From Planctomycetota bacterium (GTDB taxonomy: Bacteria > Planctomycetota > Planctomycetia > Pirellulales > UBA1268): a stretch of DNA of 64,000 bases. Of this stretch, positions 39,544 to 47,994 are shown one piece after another; the stretch's first letter is position 1; every line of letters begins with the position of its first letter. The position numbers and the translations under genes are program-made. The notes under the pieces are model-generated. The model made no database searches, was not told the DNA's origin, and saw nothing but the letters and a program-made list of their open reading frames with translations. The stretch is from NCBI GenBank assembly GCA_018970605.1, contig JAGWWA010000001.1, positions 57,742 to 121,741 on the forward strand. The letters are read 5' to 3'.

Positions 39544-41724
39544 ATGATCCCCGCCTGTGCCATCGCCTTTCTGGCACTCGCGACCGCAGCCAACGCCACG
39601 GAGTTCGGCAGCGACGAACCGGCAGCGGTTCAGACGATCGCCGACGTGCTCTCGCTGCCCACCGGCGTCCGCGATCGCGGCGCTGCCGTCCGCCTTCAAG
39701 CCGTGGTCACCATGTGGCAGCCGGAGCAGGCCATCGGCGTCATCCAGGATTCCACGGCGGGAATCTGGACGGCATGCACCGACCCGGCCGTCAGGGAGCG
39801 GGTTCGGGGCGTGATCCGTCCAGGCATGGAGGTCGTGGTCGCTGGTTCGCTGTACCGCGGTGGCTATTCGCCGCTCCTGCTCGTCGACTCGATCGAGTTC
39901 ACGCAGGAGGTCGATCTGCCGGTGCCGCGGCCTGCCGACCTCGAGAGGATCTTCGTGGGCGCCGACAACGGACTCAGGATCACGTGCGAGGGCGTCGTAC
40001 AAGGCTGCCAAACAGGAGGCTCCCAGGCGAGTCTCACCGTGGCCTGCGGTGCCCGGCGGATGTCGGTCCAGGTGCTCGACGCCGGCGGACTGTCCCGCCC
40101 GGAGGGGTTGGTCGATGCCCGCATCCGGATCACCGGGGTCGTCGGCTCCGTGCGGAACACGCGGGGTGAGTTCCTCGCCCCTCGCCTGGTGGCCAACGGC
40201 GCCGCTGACATCGTCGTGCTCGAGCCGGCACCCGCGTCGCCCGACGACGTGCCGACGATCCCGCTCGCCGAGATCGGCCGCTACCGGTTCGACCCCCTCA
40301 CCAGCCGCCGGATCGCGACGGAGGGGGTCGTCACCTACGCGTCGCCGACGACGGTCTTCATCCAGCAGGGTGTGCGCGGGGTCCGCGTCACACCTGCCGC
40401 TGGATTCCGTCCGCAGGTCGTTCCCGGCGACCACGTCCGGGTGACGGGCTTCATCGACACCATCCGGCGCATCGCCGGCATCCGTGAAGCCACGATCGAA
40501 CGGCTCGAGCCGGGCGAACCCCCCGCTCCAATCCGGATCTCGCCGGCCGCGGTGTTGCAGATCAACACGGCGGCCATGAGCCGGCTCGAGATGGCCGATC
40601 CGTCCGACTACGACGGCTGCCTGGTCGAGTTCACCGCGACGGTCGCCGAGATCCGATCCCGAGGCGACGATGGCGGCGACATCACGCTGACGGGTGATGG
40701 CGTGTCGACGCTGGCCTCGCTCGACCAGCATGCATTCGCCGCACTTCCGCGGCTCGACCCCGGCACCTCGGTCCAGGTTCGCGGCGTGATGCAGATCCAT
40801 CTCTTGGGCGACGACGGGGCGGCGACCGGCATCATGATCCCGATCCTCCGTCAGGTGACCGTGCTGCCGCGATCGGCGGCCGACATCGAGGTGCTGACGA
40901 TCCCCTCGTGGTGGACGCCCCGTCGACTGGCGACCCTCTTGGCGGGCGTGGCGGCCATCCTGATCGGCTCGCTGTTTTGGGTCGGCATGCTGCGGCGGGA
41001 GGTGCAGTCGCAGGCACGCTTGCTCGCCCGCGAGATGCGGCTCCGGCGCGATGCCGCGATCGAGTTCGAGGCGAGCCTCCGCGAGCGCAATCGGCTCGCC
41101 GCCAATCTCCACGACACCCTGCTCCAGACGCTCGGGGGCATCGCCTACCAGCTTGGTGCCTGCCGGGCCCGCAGCCAGGGTGGGGCGGATGCGGCCGAAC
41201 ATCTCGAGGTCGCCGGCCGGATGGTCGATCACGCCACGAAGGAACTCCGCGGCTCCGTCTGGGCCCTGCGGACGATGCCGGTGGTCGGCCATTCGTTTCC
41301 GGATTCGCTGCAGACACTCCTCAACCAACTCTCGCTCGGCCGGTCGGAGCGGCTCTGCCTCGACGTCGCGGGCAAGACGTTTTCGGTGCCGAACTTCGTG
41401 GCAGGGAACCTGCTTCTCGTGGCGCAGGAGGCGATCCTCAACGCCCTCCACCATGGCCGCTGCAGCACCGTGACCACCACGGTCGCCTTCGACGAGCCGC
41501 AGGGGGCGATCGACCTCACGGTGCACGACGACGGCGCCGGCTTTCGGATCGGAACCCAGGCCGGCCCGGAGCAGGGCCACTTCGGCCTGCAGGGCATGCG
41601 GGAGCGGATCGAGCGGCTTGGCGGCACGATCGCGATCAGCAGCAATCCGGGAGCCGGAACCTCGGTGAGGATTCGGCTGCGAACCCGCGACTACGACGCG
41701 GAACTCGACGCCGACGACCCCTGA
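39544..41724 (+). CDS. sensor histidine kinase (HisKA_3/NarX-LiaS type) with a large repeated periplasmic domain
   Basis: Signal/TM MIPACAIAFLALATAANA, a second TM LATLLAGVAAILIGSLFWVGML, H-box RNRLAANLHDTLLQTLGGI, HATPase region HDDGAGF ... GHFGLQGMRERIERLGGTIAISSNPGAGTSV. Confidence 0.85.
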   Translation: MIPACAIAFLALATAANATEFGSDEPAAVQTIADVLSLPTGVRDRGAAVRLQAVVTMWQPEQAIGVIQDSTAGIWTACTDPAVRERVRGVIRPGMEVVVAGSLYRGGYSPLLLVDSIEFTQEVDLPVPRPADLERIFVGADNGLRITCEGVVQGCQTGGSQASLTVACGARRMSVQVLDAGGLSRPEGLVDARIRITGVVGSVRNTRGEFLAPRLVANGAADIVVLEPAPASPDDVPTIPLAEIGRYRFDPLTSRRIATEGVVTYASPTTVFIQQGVRGVRVTPAAGFRPQVVPGDHVRVTGFIDTIRRIAGIREATIERLEPGEPPAPIRISPAAVLQINTAAMSRLEMADPSDYDGCLVEFTATVAEIRSRGDDGGDITLTGDGVSTLASLDQHAFAALPRLDPGTSVQVRGVMQIHLLGDDGAATGIMIPILRQVTVLPRSAADIEVLTIPSWWTPRRLATLLAGVAAILIGSLFWVGMLRREVQSQARLLAREMRLRRDAAIEFEASLRERNRLAANLHDTLLQTLGGIAYQLGACRARSQGGADAAEHLEVAGRMVDHATKELRGSVWALRTMPVVGHSFPDSLQTLLNQLSLGRSERLCLDVAGKTFSVPNFVAGNLLLVAQEAILNALHHGRCSTVTTTVAFDEPQGAIDLTVHDDGAGFRIGTQAGPEQGHFGLQGMRERIERLGGTIAISSNPGAGTSVRIRLRTRDYDAELDADDP

Positions 41725-41789
41725 CGCATGCCGGTCGGACGCTCAGTGTCGCGCCTCTCGGTCTGTCTGCGCGACCATGCCGATGAAAG

Positions 41790-41864
41790 GGTGGCTAACG
41801 GGACTCGAACCCGCGACCCTCGGTACCACAAACCGATGCTCTAACCAACTGAGCTATAGCCACC
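41790..41864 (-). tRNA. tRNA-His (anticodon GTG) with a genome-encoded G-1; no encoded CCA
   Basis: Manual fold: G-1 plus acceptor GTGGCTA/TAGCCAC, D arm GCTC..GAGC, anticodon stem TCGGT/ACCGA with loop TTGTGGT, T arm GCGGG-TTCGAGT-CCCGT, discriminator C73 pairing with G-1. Confidence 0.9.
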
Positions 41865-41875
41865 GTGCGACCGCG

Positions 41876-41903
41876 ATTGTAGCAAACCGACCCGCGGTTT
41901 CAG
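41876..41903 (-). promoter_or_regulatory. candidate promoter for tRNA-His
   Basis: The minus strand reads CTGAAA - 16 nt - TACAAT, with the -10 ending about 11 nt before G-1. Confidence 0.4.
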
Positions 41904-41960
41904 GACCCCTGCCCGGACCGCCCAAATCGGCCCGTGATGCCGCCGCTTCGGCCCGCTGCC

Positions 41961-42413
41961 TCACTCCCGTCGGCGGGAATCGACCACGATCGTCACGGGG
42001 CCGTCGTTGACCAATGCCACCTTCATGTCGGCCGCAAACACGCCCCGCTCTGGACGCCGCCCCGCCTGCGACTCCACGGCCACCAAAAAACGTTCGTAGA
42101 GCGGCACCGCCTCCTCCGGTCGAGCCGCCTCGATGAAACTCGGCCGGTTGCCCTTCGCCGTCGAAGCGATCAGCGTGAACTGACTGATCACGAGCAGGCC
42201 GCCGGCTGCGTCGGTCACGCTCCGGTTCATCTTGCCGGCGTCGTCGGGAAAGATCCGCATCTGCGCCACCTTGCCCGCGAGCCAATCGGCGTCGGCCGGT
42301 GTGTCGCCCGCCTCCACGCCGACGAGCACGAGCAGCCCCGTCGCGATCCGGCCGACCACGTTGCCGCCAATCGTCACGCTCGCCTCGCTCACCCGCTGGA
42401 TCACCGCTCGCAT
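41961..42413 (-). CDS. dtd: D-aminoacyl-tRNA deacylase
   Basis: MRAVIQRVSEASVTI ... GLLVLVGV ... ISQFTL ... KGNRPSF ... GVFAADMKVALVNDGPVTI, the canonical Dtd. Confidence 0.9.
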   Translation of the reverse strand: MRAVIQRVSEASVTIGGNVVGRIATGLLVLVGVEAGDTPADADWLAGKVAQMRIFPDDAGKMNRSVTDAAGGLLVISQFTLIASTAKGNRPSFIEAARPEEAVPLYERFLVAVESQAGRRPERGVFAADMKVALVNDGPVTIVVDSRRRE

Positions 42414-42561
42414 GGCGAAAGTGTAGCCGCGCGGCCCGGAAACCAACCTGTGCCCGGCGGTGGCGGTTTTCTACCATCGGCCGTGATCGGTGAGCCGGGG
42501 CGGCAATCCCACCGCGTGTGCCGCCAGAGTTCCTGAACCACGCGCGTCATGCGAGCGACTC

Positions 42562-43338
42562 ATGAGCAAGCAGGTACCGACCGTCTCGATCTCGCCGCTC
42601 CCTGTTGGCCGTGGCTGTGTAAACGACGTCGCGATCCTCGCGCTCGACATCCCCCTGTTTCCCGTCGACCGACTGATGCGGCTCGACACGGTCGCCGCCG
42701 CGCGGGACGCAGCCGCCGTCCGCATCGGCTGGGCGGCGATCTTCCTCAAGGCCTACGCCCTCGTGGCCCGCGAGACGCCGCCCCTCCGCAGCTGGCTCGC
42801 GGGCCGATTCCGCCAGCGGCTGGCTACGAGTTCGGAAAGCGTGGCCTCGCTGGCAATCAACCGCGGTGATGGCGGCGATGACCGGCTCTTCTTCGCCCGG
42901 CTCGCCCGGCCCGACGCCGTGCCCCTGCCGCTGCTCCAGCAGTCGATCGACCGGTTCGTCACCCAGCCCATCGAGGAGGTGTTCAAGCGGCAGCTCGAAC
43001 TCGAGGGCGTGCCGGGCTGGCTCCGGCGCACGATTCTCCGCTGGAACATGCTCTCGGCGTCGCCGAAGCGAGTCACGCGGATCGGGACCTTCAGCCTCTC
43101 GACGCTCGCCGGCTTCTCCGCCACCAACCGGTTTCATCCCACGATCTGCACGACGAGCCTCTCCTACGGACCGCTCGACGGCGACGGCCGCTGCCTCGTG
43201 ACCGTGATCGCCGACCACCGTGTGCTCGACGGCGCGGCGGTCGCGAAGGCACTGGCGCGACTGGAGGAGGTGCTCACCTCCGAGATCATCTCCGAACTCA
43301 GGACGGCTCGCCCCGTCCCTGCCGAAGCCGCCGCCTGA
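42562..43338 (+). CDS. stand-alone CAT-fold acyltransferase resembling the 2-oxoacid dehydrogenase E2 catalytic domain
   Basis: VIADHRVLDGAAVAKAL matches the DHRxxDG active-site motif. No lipoyl or E3-binding domain is present. ATG at 42562 (MSKQV). Confidence 0.55.
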   Translation: MSKQVPTVSISPLPVGRGCVNDVAILALDIPLFPVDRLMRLDTVAAARDAAAVRIGWAAIFLKAYALVARETPPLRSWLAGRFRQRLATSSESVASLAINRGDGGDDRLFFARLARPDAVPLPLLQQSIDRFVTQPIEEVFKRQLELEGVPGWLRRTILRWNMLSASPKRVTRIGTFSLSTLAGFSATNRFHPTICTTSLSYGPLDGDGRCLVTVIADHRVLDGAAVAKALARLEEVLTSEIISELRTARPVPAEAAA

Positions 43339-44626
43339 TCTCGGCGAGCCGCTCGGCGAGATCCCGCTCCATCCCGCGGTCACTCGGCTCGTAGTAGTTC
43401 TTCTCCACGCCGAGATAGTCCTGCGACGCGATTCCGTCGGGGGCATCGTGGGAATACGCGTAGCCCTGCCCGTGGCCGAGCCGCTTCGCGCCGGCGTAGT
43501 GCTTGTCCTGCAGGTGCCGCGGCACGGGGATCACCGCCTGCTCGCGGACGTCGCTGCGGGCCGCGGCGATCGCCGTCGTGCAGGCGTTGCTCTTCGGAGC
43601 GAGGGCCAGATAGATCACCGCCTGTGCGAGCGTGAGCTGGCACTCCGGCAGGCCGACGAACTCCGTCGCCTGCATCGCCGCCACCGCGATCATCAACGCC
43701 CGCGGATCGGCGTTGCCCACGTCTTCACTGGCGAGGATCACGAGCCGCCGCGAGAGAAATCGCACGTCCTCGCCCCCCTCGAGCATCCGCGCGAGCCAGT
43801 AGAGGCCGGCGTCGGCGTCGCTGCCGCGAATGCTCTTGATCAGGGCGCTGGCGCAGTCGTAATGGGTGTCGCCCGAGTCGTAGGCCACCACCTTCCGCTG
43901 CACGCTCTCGCGGGCCAGATCGAGCGTGAACGTGAGCGGCCGCTCGCCGCTCGAGAGCACGCCCACCTCGAGCGCGCCGAGCGCCCGCCGGGCGTCGCCG
44001 TCGGAGGTCTCCACGAGAAAATCCCGTGCCTCCGGCACAAGCGTGATCTGCTCCCTGCCAAGGCCGTGGTCGCGGTCGGCCACGGCCCGGTCGAGGATCT
44101 CCGCGATGTCGTGCTTCGAGAGGGCTTCCAGTTCGAAGATCCGGCTGCGGCTGACCAGGGCGCTGGTGAGCGCGAAGAACGGATTCTGCGTGGTCGCACC
44201 GATCAGCGCGATCACCCCGTTCTCGACGTCGGGGAGGAGCACGTCCTGCTGGGACTTGTTGAAGCGGTGAATCTCGTCGATGAACAAGCAGGTCTTCTGG
44301 CCATCGTCTTCGAGCCGCCGGCGCGCGGCCTCGAGCACGTCGCGAACGTCCTTCACGCCCGACGCGGTCGCGGAGAGTTCCACAAACCGCCGCTTCGTCT
44401 CGTTGGCGATGATCTCGGCGAGCGTCGTCTTCCCCACGCCCGGCGGCCCGTAGAGGATCACCGACCCGAGCCGGTCGGCCTCGATGAGCCGCCGTAGCAG
44501 TTTGCCTGCGCCGACGACCTGATCCTGCCCCACGTAGTCGGCCAGCCGCCGCGGCCGCATCCGGGCGGCGAGAGGCGCGGCCCGGGCGACGTTGGCGGCC
44601 CGCGATGCGGCGAAGAGGTCGGGCAT
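43298..44626 (-). CDS. rarA: replication-associated recombination protein A (AAA+)
   Basis: LADYVGQDQVVG, ILYGPPGVGKTTLA, LFIDEIHRFNKSQQDVLLP, IGATTQNPFF, and a MgsA C-terminal region (YDCASALIKSIRGSD). Confidence 0.9.
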   Translation of the reverse strand: MPDLFAASRAANVARAAPLAARMRPRRLADYVGQDQVVGAGKLLRRLIEADRLGSVILYGPPGVGKTTLAEIIANETKRRFVELSATASGVKDVRDVLEAARRRLEDDGQKTCLFIDEIHRFNKSQQDVLLPDVENGVIALIGATTQNPFFALTSALVSRSRIFELEALSKHDIAEILDRAVADRDHGLGREQITLVPEARDFLVETSDGDARRALGALEVGVLSSGERPLTFTLDLARESVQRKVVAYDSGDTHYDCASALIKSIRGSDADAGLYWLARMLEGGEDVRFLSRRLVILASEDVGNADPRALMIAVAAMQATEFVGLPECQLTLAQAVIYLALAPKSNACTTAIAAARSDVREQAVIPVPRHLQDKHYAGAKRLGHGQGYAYSHDAPDGIASQDYLGVEKNYYEPSDRGMERDLAERLAEIRRRLRQGRGEPS

Positions 44627-44648
44627 GGGTCGCCTCGCGTGCGGGCCG

Positions 44649-45059
44649 TCAGCCCTTCCAGACAAACTCGACCGGCACGTCGATGTCGGGATGCAGGCTC
44701 TTGTGCACGGGGCAGGTGTGGGCAGCCTGTTCGAGCGCCGTGCGGTGCGGATGGTTCGGCGGCAGCGGGATCGTGATCGTGGTGCGGAGTGAAGCGATCC
44801 GTCGTGGCGGCTCCTTCGTCATCTCCTTCACGGTCTCGACCGTCGTGCCGGTGAGATCGATGCCGTGCCTCTCGGCCACGATCCCCATGATCGTCATCAT
44901 GCAGGCTCCCAGGGCCGTCGCCACCAGGTCGGTCGGCGAAAAGCTCTCCCCCTTCCCGTGGTTGTCAACCGGGGCGTCGGTGACCAGCGTGGTGCCCGAC
45001 GGGCCATGGGTGGCGCGGCAGCGGAGGCCGCCTTCGTAGACCGACGCGAGTGTGACCAC
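44649..45059 (-). CDS. OsmC/Ohr family protein
   Basis: VTLASVYEGGLRCRATH ... TDAPVDNHGKGESFSPTDLVATALGACMMT ... AHTCPVHKSL. The GTG at 45059 has AGGAG 10 nt upstream. The 380-aa ORF in the track is an over-extension. Confidence 0.8.
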   Translation of the reverse strand: MVTLASVYEGGLRCRATHGPSGTTLVTDAPVDNHGKGESFSPTDLVATALGACMMTIMGIVAERHGIDLTGTTVETVKEMTKEPPRRIASLRTTITIPLPPNHPHRTALEQAAHTCPVHKSLHPDIDVPVEFVWKG

Positions 45060-45173
45060 GGCAACTGTGCTCCTGGACCGGGAAACGGAGGATGATGCGA
45101 ACCTCATCCTAACGTCCGGTGAGGCTACGATGGTGGCGGCCATTTCCGGCCTTGCGAGGCACCCGCCGCTCCG

Positions 45174-47093
45174 ATGGGATTCCGTTCGCTCCAGGCCTGC
45201 GTCGACGCCCTGCGAAACGACCGCCAGGCCACTGGCCCGCTGGCCCGTCGGCAGCTCGTCGTCGTCGATCACCCCGTCGATCCCCATCTCGAGATTGCCG
45301 AGATCCAACGGCGGCTGTTCCGCGCCGGCGGGCCGGCGGTGCTGTTTTCGAAGCCGCGCGGCAGCGACTTCCCGGTGCTCGTGAATCTCTACGGCACGCG
45401 GGAGCGGATCGAGCGGATCTTCGCCGATACGCTCGACCGCGTCCGGCGGCTCGTGGAACTCAAGCTCGACCCCATGGCTGCACTGCGGAAGCCGGGCCGC
45501 TACTGGCGGTCCCCCTTCGATGCGCTGGCCATGCTGCCGAAGCGGGTCCGCAGTGGTCCGGTGCTCACCCGCTCGATCCCGCTCTCCCGGCTGCCGCAGG
45601 TGGTGTCGTGGCCGGGAGACGGCGGGCCGTTCATCACGCTGCCGGCCGTCTACAGTGAGCACCCTGACAAACCCGGCACGAAGCACTCGAACCTCGGCAT
45701 GTACCGGGTACAGCTCGCCGGAAACGCCTACGAACCAGACCGCGAGGCCGGCCTCCACTACCAGCTCCACCGCGGCATCGGCGTGCACCACGCTGCAGCC
45801 CTTGCCCGGGGCGAGCCGCTCAAGGTGGCGATCTTCGTGGGCGGCTCACCGGCCATGGCCGTGTCGGCGGTGATGCCGCTCCCCGAGGGACTCTCCGAAC
45901 TCACGTTCGCCGGCGCCCTGGCGGGCCATCGCATTCCGATGATCCCGCGGAGAAATCGTCCCGCGATCTACGCCGATGCCGACTTCGTGATCGAGGGCAC
46001 GGTGAACCCCGGAGCCACCAAGCCCGAAGGCCCGTTCGGCGACCACCTCGGCTACTACGCCCGGCGGCATGAGTTTCCGCTGCTCCGCGTGGATCACGTC
46101 TGGCACCGCGAGGGCGCCATCTGGCCGGTCACCGTGGTCGGCCGGCCGCCGCAGGAAGACACGCTCTTCGGCTGGCTCGTTCACGAGCTCACCGGCCCCG
46201 TGATCCCCACGGTCCTGCCCGGCGTGTCGAGCATTCATGCCGTCGATGCCTCTGGCGTCCATCCCCTGCTGTTGGCCGTCGGCAGCGAACGCTACCTGCC
46301 GTGGAAGCGGTCTGATCGGCCGGCCGAACTCCTCACGCAGGCATCGGCGATCCTCGGCCAGGGGCAGTTGTCGCTGGCAAAATACCTGTTGATCGTCAAT
46401 GGCACCGACGCTCCGGGGCTCGACGCCCACGACGTGCAGCCGTTCCTGGCGCACGTGCTCGCCCGGGTCGACTGGAGCCGCGACTGCCACTTCCATACCG
46501 AAACGTCGATCGACACGCTCGACTATTCCGGCAGCGGCTTCAATGCCGGTTCGAAACTCGTGGTGGCGGCGCGGGGTCAGGCACGCCGCGAGCTTGCCGC
46601 CGATCTGCCGCCGGGGGTGTCGTTGCCCGACGGCTTCGCCAACCCGCGGGTCTGCCTGCCTGGAGTCGTGGCGGTCGAGGGGCCCCGGATCGAGCCGCGG
46701 CCGCGGCTCGACGCTCCGAACGACGCCGCGATCTGGGAGTCGGCCCGCACGACCCCATGGTCGGCCGACGTGGAGCGACTCTGCGCCGCGATCGGCCCCG
46801 AGCATCCGCTCCGTCGCTTTCCGCTCATCGTCGTCGTCGATGACGCCGGCTTCGCCGCCGCATCGCTCGCCAACTGGCTGTGGCTCACATTCACACGGTC
46901 GAATCCTGCGGCCGATGTACACGGCGTCGATGCCTTCACGCAGCAGAAGCACTGGGGCTGCCGGGGTCCGCTCGTGATCGACGCCCGGCTCAAGCCGCAC
47001 CACGCGCCGCCCGTCGAAGAAGATCCCGCGATCACGGCCGCCGTCGATGCACTCTGCGTCCGAGGCGGCCCGCTCGGCGACCTCGGGCTGTAA
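45174..47093 (+). CDS. UbiD family decarboxylase (prenyl-FMN dependent)
   Basis: HPVDPHLEIAEIQRR, PAVLFSKPRGSDFPVLVNLYGTRERI, HYQLHRGIGVHH, GPFGDHLGYY. Its length of 639 aa is longer than E. coli UbiD. Confidence 0.85.
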   Translation: MGFRSLQACVDALRNDRQATGPLARRQLVVVDHPVDPHLEIAEIQRRLFRAGGPAVLFSKPRGSDFPVLVNLYGTRERIERIFADTLDRVRRLVELKLDPMAALRKPGRYWRSPFDALAMLPKRVRSGPVLTRSIPLSRLPQVVSWPGDGGPFITLPAVYSEHPDKPGTKHSNLGMYRVQLAGNAYEPDREAGLHYQLHRGIGVHHAAALARGEPLKVAIFVGGSPAMAVSAVMPLPEGLSELTFAGALAGHRIPMIPRRNRPAIYADADFVIEGTVNPGATKPEGPFGDHLGYYARRHEFPLLRVDHVWHREGAIWPVTVVGRPPQEDTLFGWLVHELTGPVIPTVLPGVSSIHAVDASGVHPLLLAVGSERYLPWKRSDRPAELLTQASAILGQGQLSLAKYLLIVNGTDAPGLDAHDVQPFLAHVLARVDWSRDCHFHTETSIDTLDYSGSGFNAGSKLVVAARGQARRELAADLPPGVSLPDGFANPRVCLPGVVAVEGPRIEPRPRLDAPNDAAIWESARTTPWSADVERLCAAIGPEHPLRRFPLIVVVDDAGFAAASLANWLWLTFTRSNPAADVHGVDAFTQQKHWGCRGPLVIDARLKPHHAPPVEEDPAITAAVDALCVRGGPLGDLGL

Positions 47094-47123
47094 AGCCGCG
47101 GGCATCCTCGCTGCACGCGGCGG

Positions 47124-47200
47124 CTGATGGCGGTTCGCCCCACGGCGTTGGGCTTGTACGACCGCCGAGAAAGCCGACCGGCCGTAAGGCCGCGGGCGTC
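47124..47200 (-). repeat. intergenic repeat family B, inverted copy
   Basis: Reverse complement of 2443-2527 with a few mismatches (ctgatggcggttcgccccac ... aaagccgaccggccgtaaggccgcgggcgtc). Confidence 0.7.
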
Positions 47201-47240
47201 CCCGCACAAAGGAGCCAGCTTCAAACAGACCGGCCATACA

Positions 47241-47431
47241 ACGCGTCACACGTGATCCTGAGGCGTTCCTGCGGCAGTGTCACTCCGCCAGGAAGCCCCG
47301 AGCGGGAGCGAGGGGATCACGCGCGGCGGCGGCGAGCGACGCGTGCGGATCCGCGGAGCCGTTCCCGTCGCTTCCGCTCCGGGCTTGGAGGGTTCCGTGG
47401 AAAAACCCGCGGGGACCACGTGCGACGCGTA
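47241..47431 (+). repeat. palindromic MITE/REP-like element, family A, copy 2 (~191 bp)
   Basis: Terminal inverted repeats acgcgtcacacgtgat ... ccacgtgcgacgcgta. The left and right halves are imperfectly complementary. It is nearly identical to the reverse complement of 50991-51182. Confidence 0.75.
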
Positions 47432-47464
47432 GAAGGCCGCGGGTAAACCGCGCTCGATGCCGCG

Positions 47465-47833
47465 TCAGGCGGAGATGGACGCGATGCGAATCTTCGTCGA
47501 GATCGACCGGTGACCGGTGCGGCGGCGGTAGTTCTTGCGGCGTGCGAACTTCTGCACGTAGATCTTCTCGCCCTGCACGAGCCCGAGCACCTCGGCCTTC
47601 ACCGTCGCGCCCTTCACCTTTGGCTTGCCGATCGTGAGCTTGCCGGCCTTGCTGACGGCGAGCACATCTTCGAACACCACCTCGCTCCCGGCGGGCAGGT
47701 GGCGGAAGTCGATCTCGAGCTCCTGCCCCTCCATCACGCGGTACTGGCGGCCGCCATCGACGACGACGGCGTATTCGTGGGCGGCGCCCTTCATGGAGGA
47801 GGCAGAATCGGCGGCGGGAGTGGCCTTGGCCAT
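47465..47833 (-). CDS. rplU: 50S ribosomal protein L21
   Basis: YAVVVDGGRQYRVMEGQELEI ... VVFEDVLAV ... IGKPKVKGATVKAEVLG ... KIYVQKFARRKNYRRRTGHR. Confidence 0.9.
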   Translation of the reverse strand: MAKATPAADSASSMKGAAHEYAVVVDGGRQYRVMEGQELEIDFRHLPAGSEVVFEDVLAVSKAGKLTIGKPKVKGATVKAEVLGLVQGEKIYVQKFARRKNYRRRTGHRSISTKIRIASISA

Positions 47834-47919
47834 GGGTGCAGGTCCGTAAATGCGGCAAAAAAACTCTCAAACCGAGCCCTGTACGATATCGTCGCCGACA
47901 GGATGGGTCGAGAGGTCGG

Positions 47920-47936
47920 ATTTCCGGCCGGAAAAT
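47920..47936. promoter_or_regulatory. perfect 14-bp palindrome TTTCCGGCCGGAAA in the rplU/glpD divergent region
   Basis: atTTCCGGCCGGAAaat lies about 60 nt upstream of the glpD ATG. A near-identical motif occurs at 58555-58572. Confidence 0.3.
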
Positions 47937-47994
47937 CGCGATCCCAGGGGTTCTTTTCGGATCATCTCGCCTCCTTGTTCAGCCAGCCGCCGTG

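Noticed and set aside
41777-42010. A 77-aa ORF overlapping tRNA-His.
   Set aside because: It reads across the tRNA gene on the opposite strand and has no coding signal.
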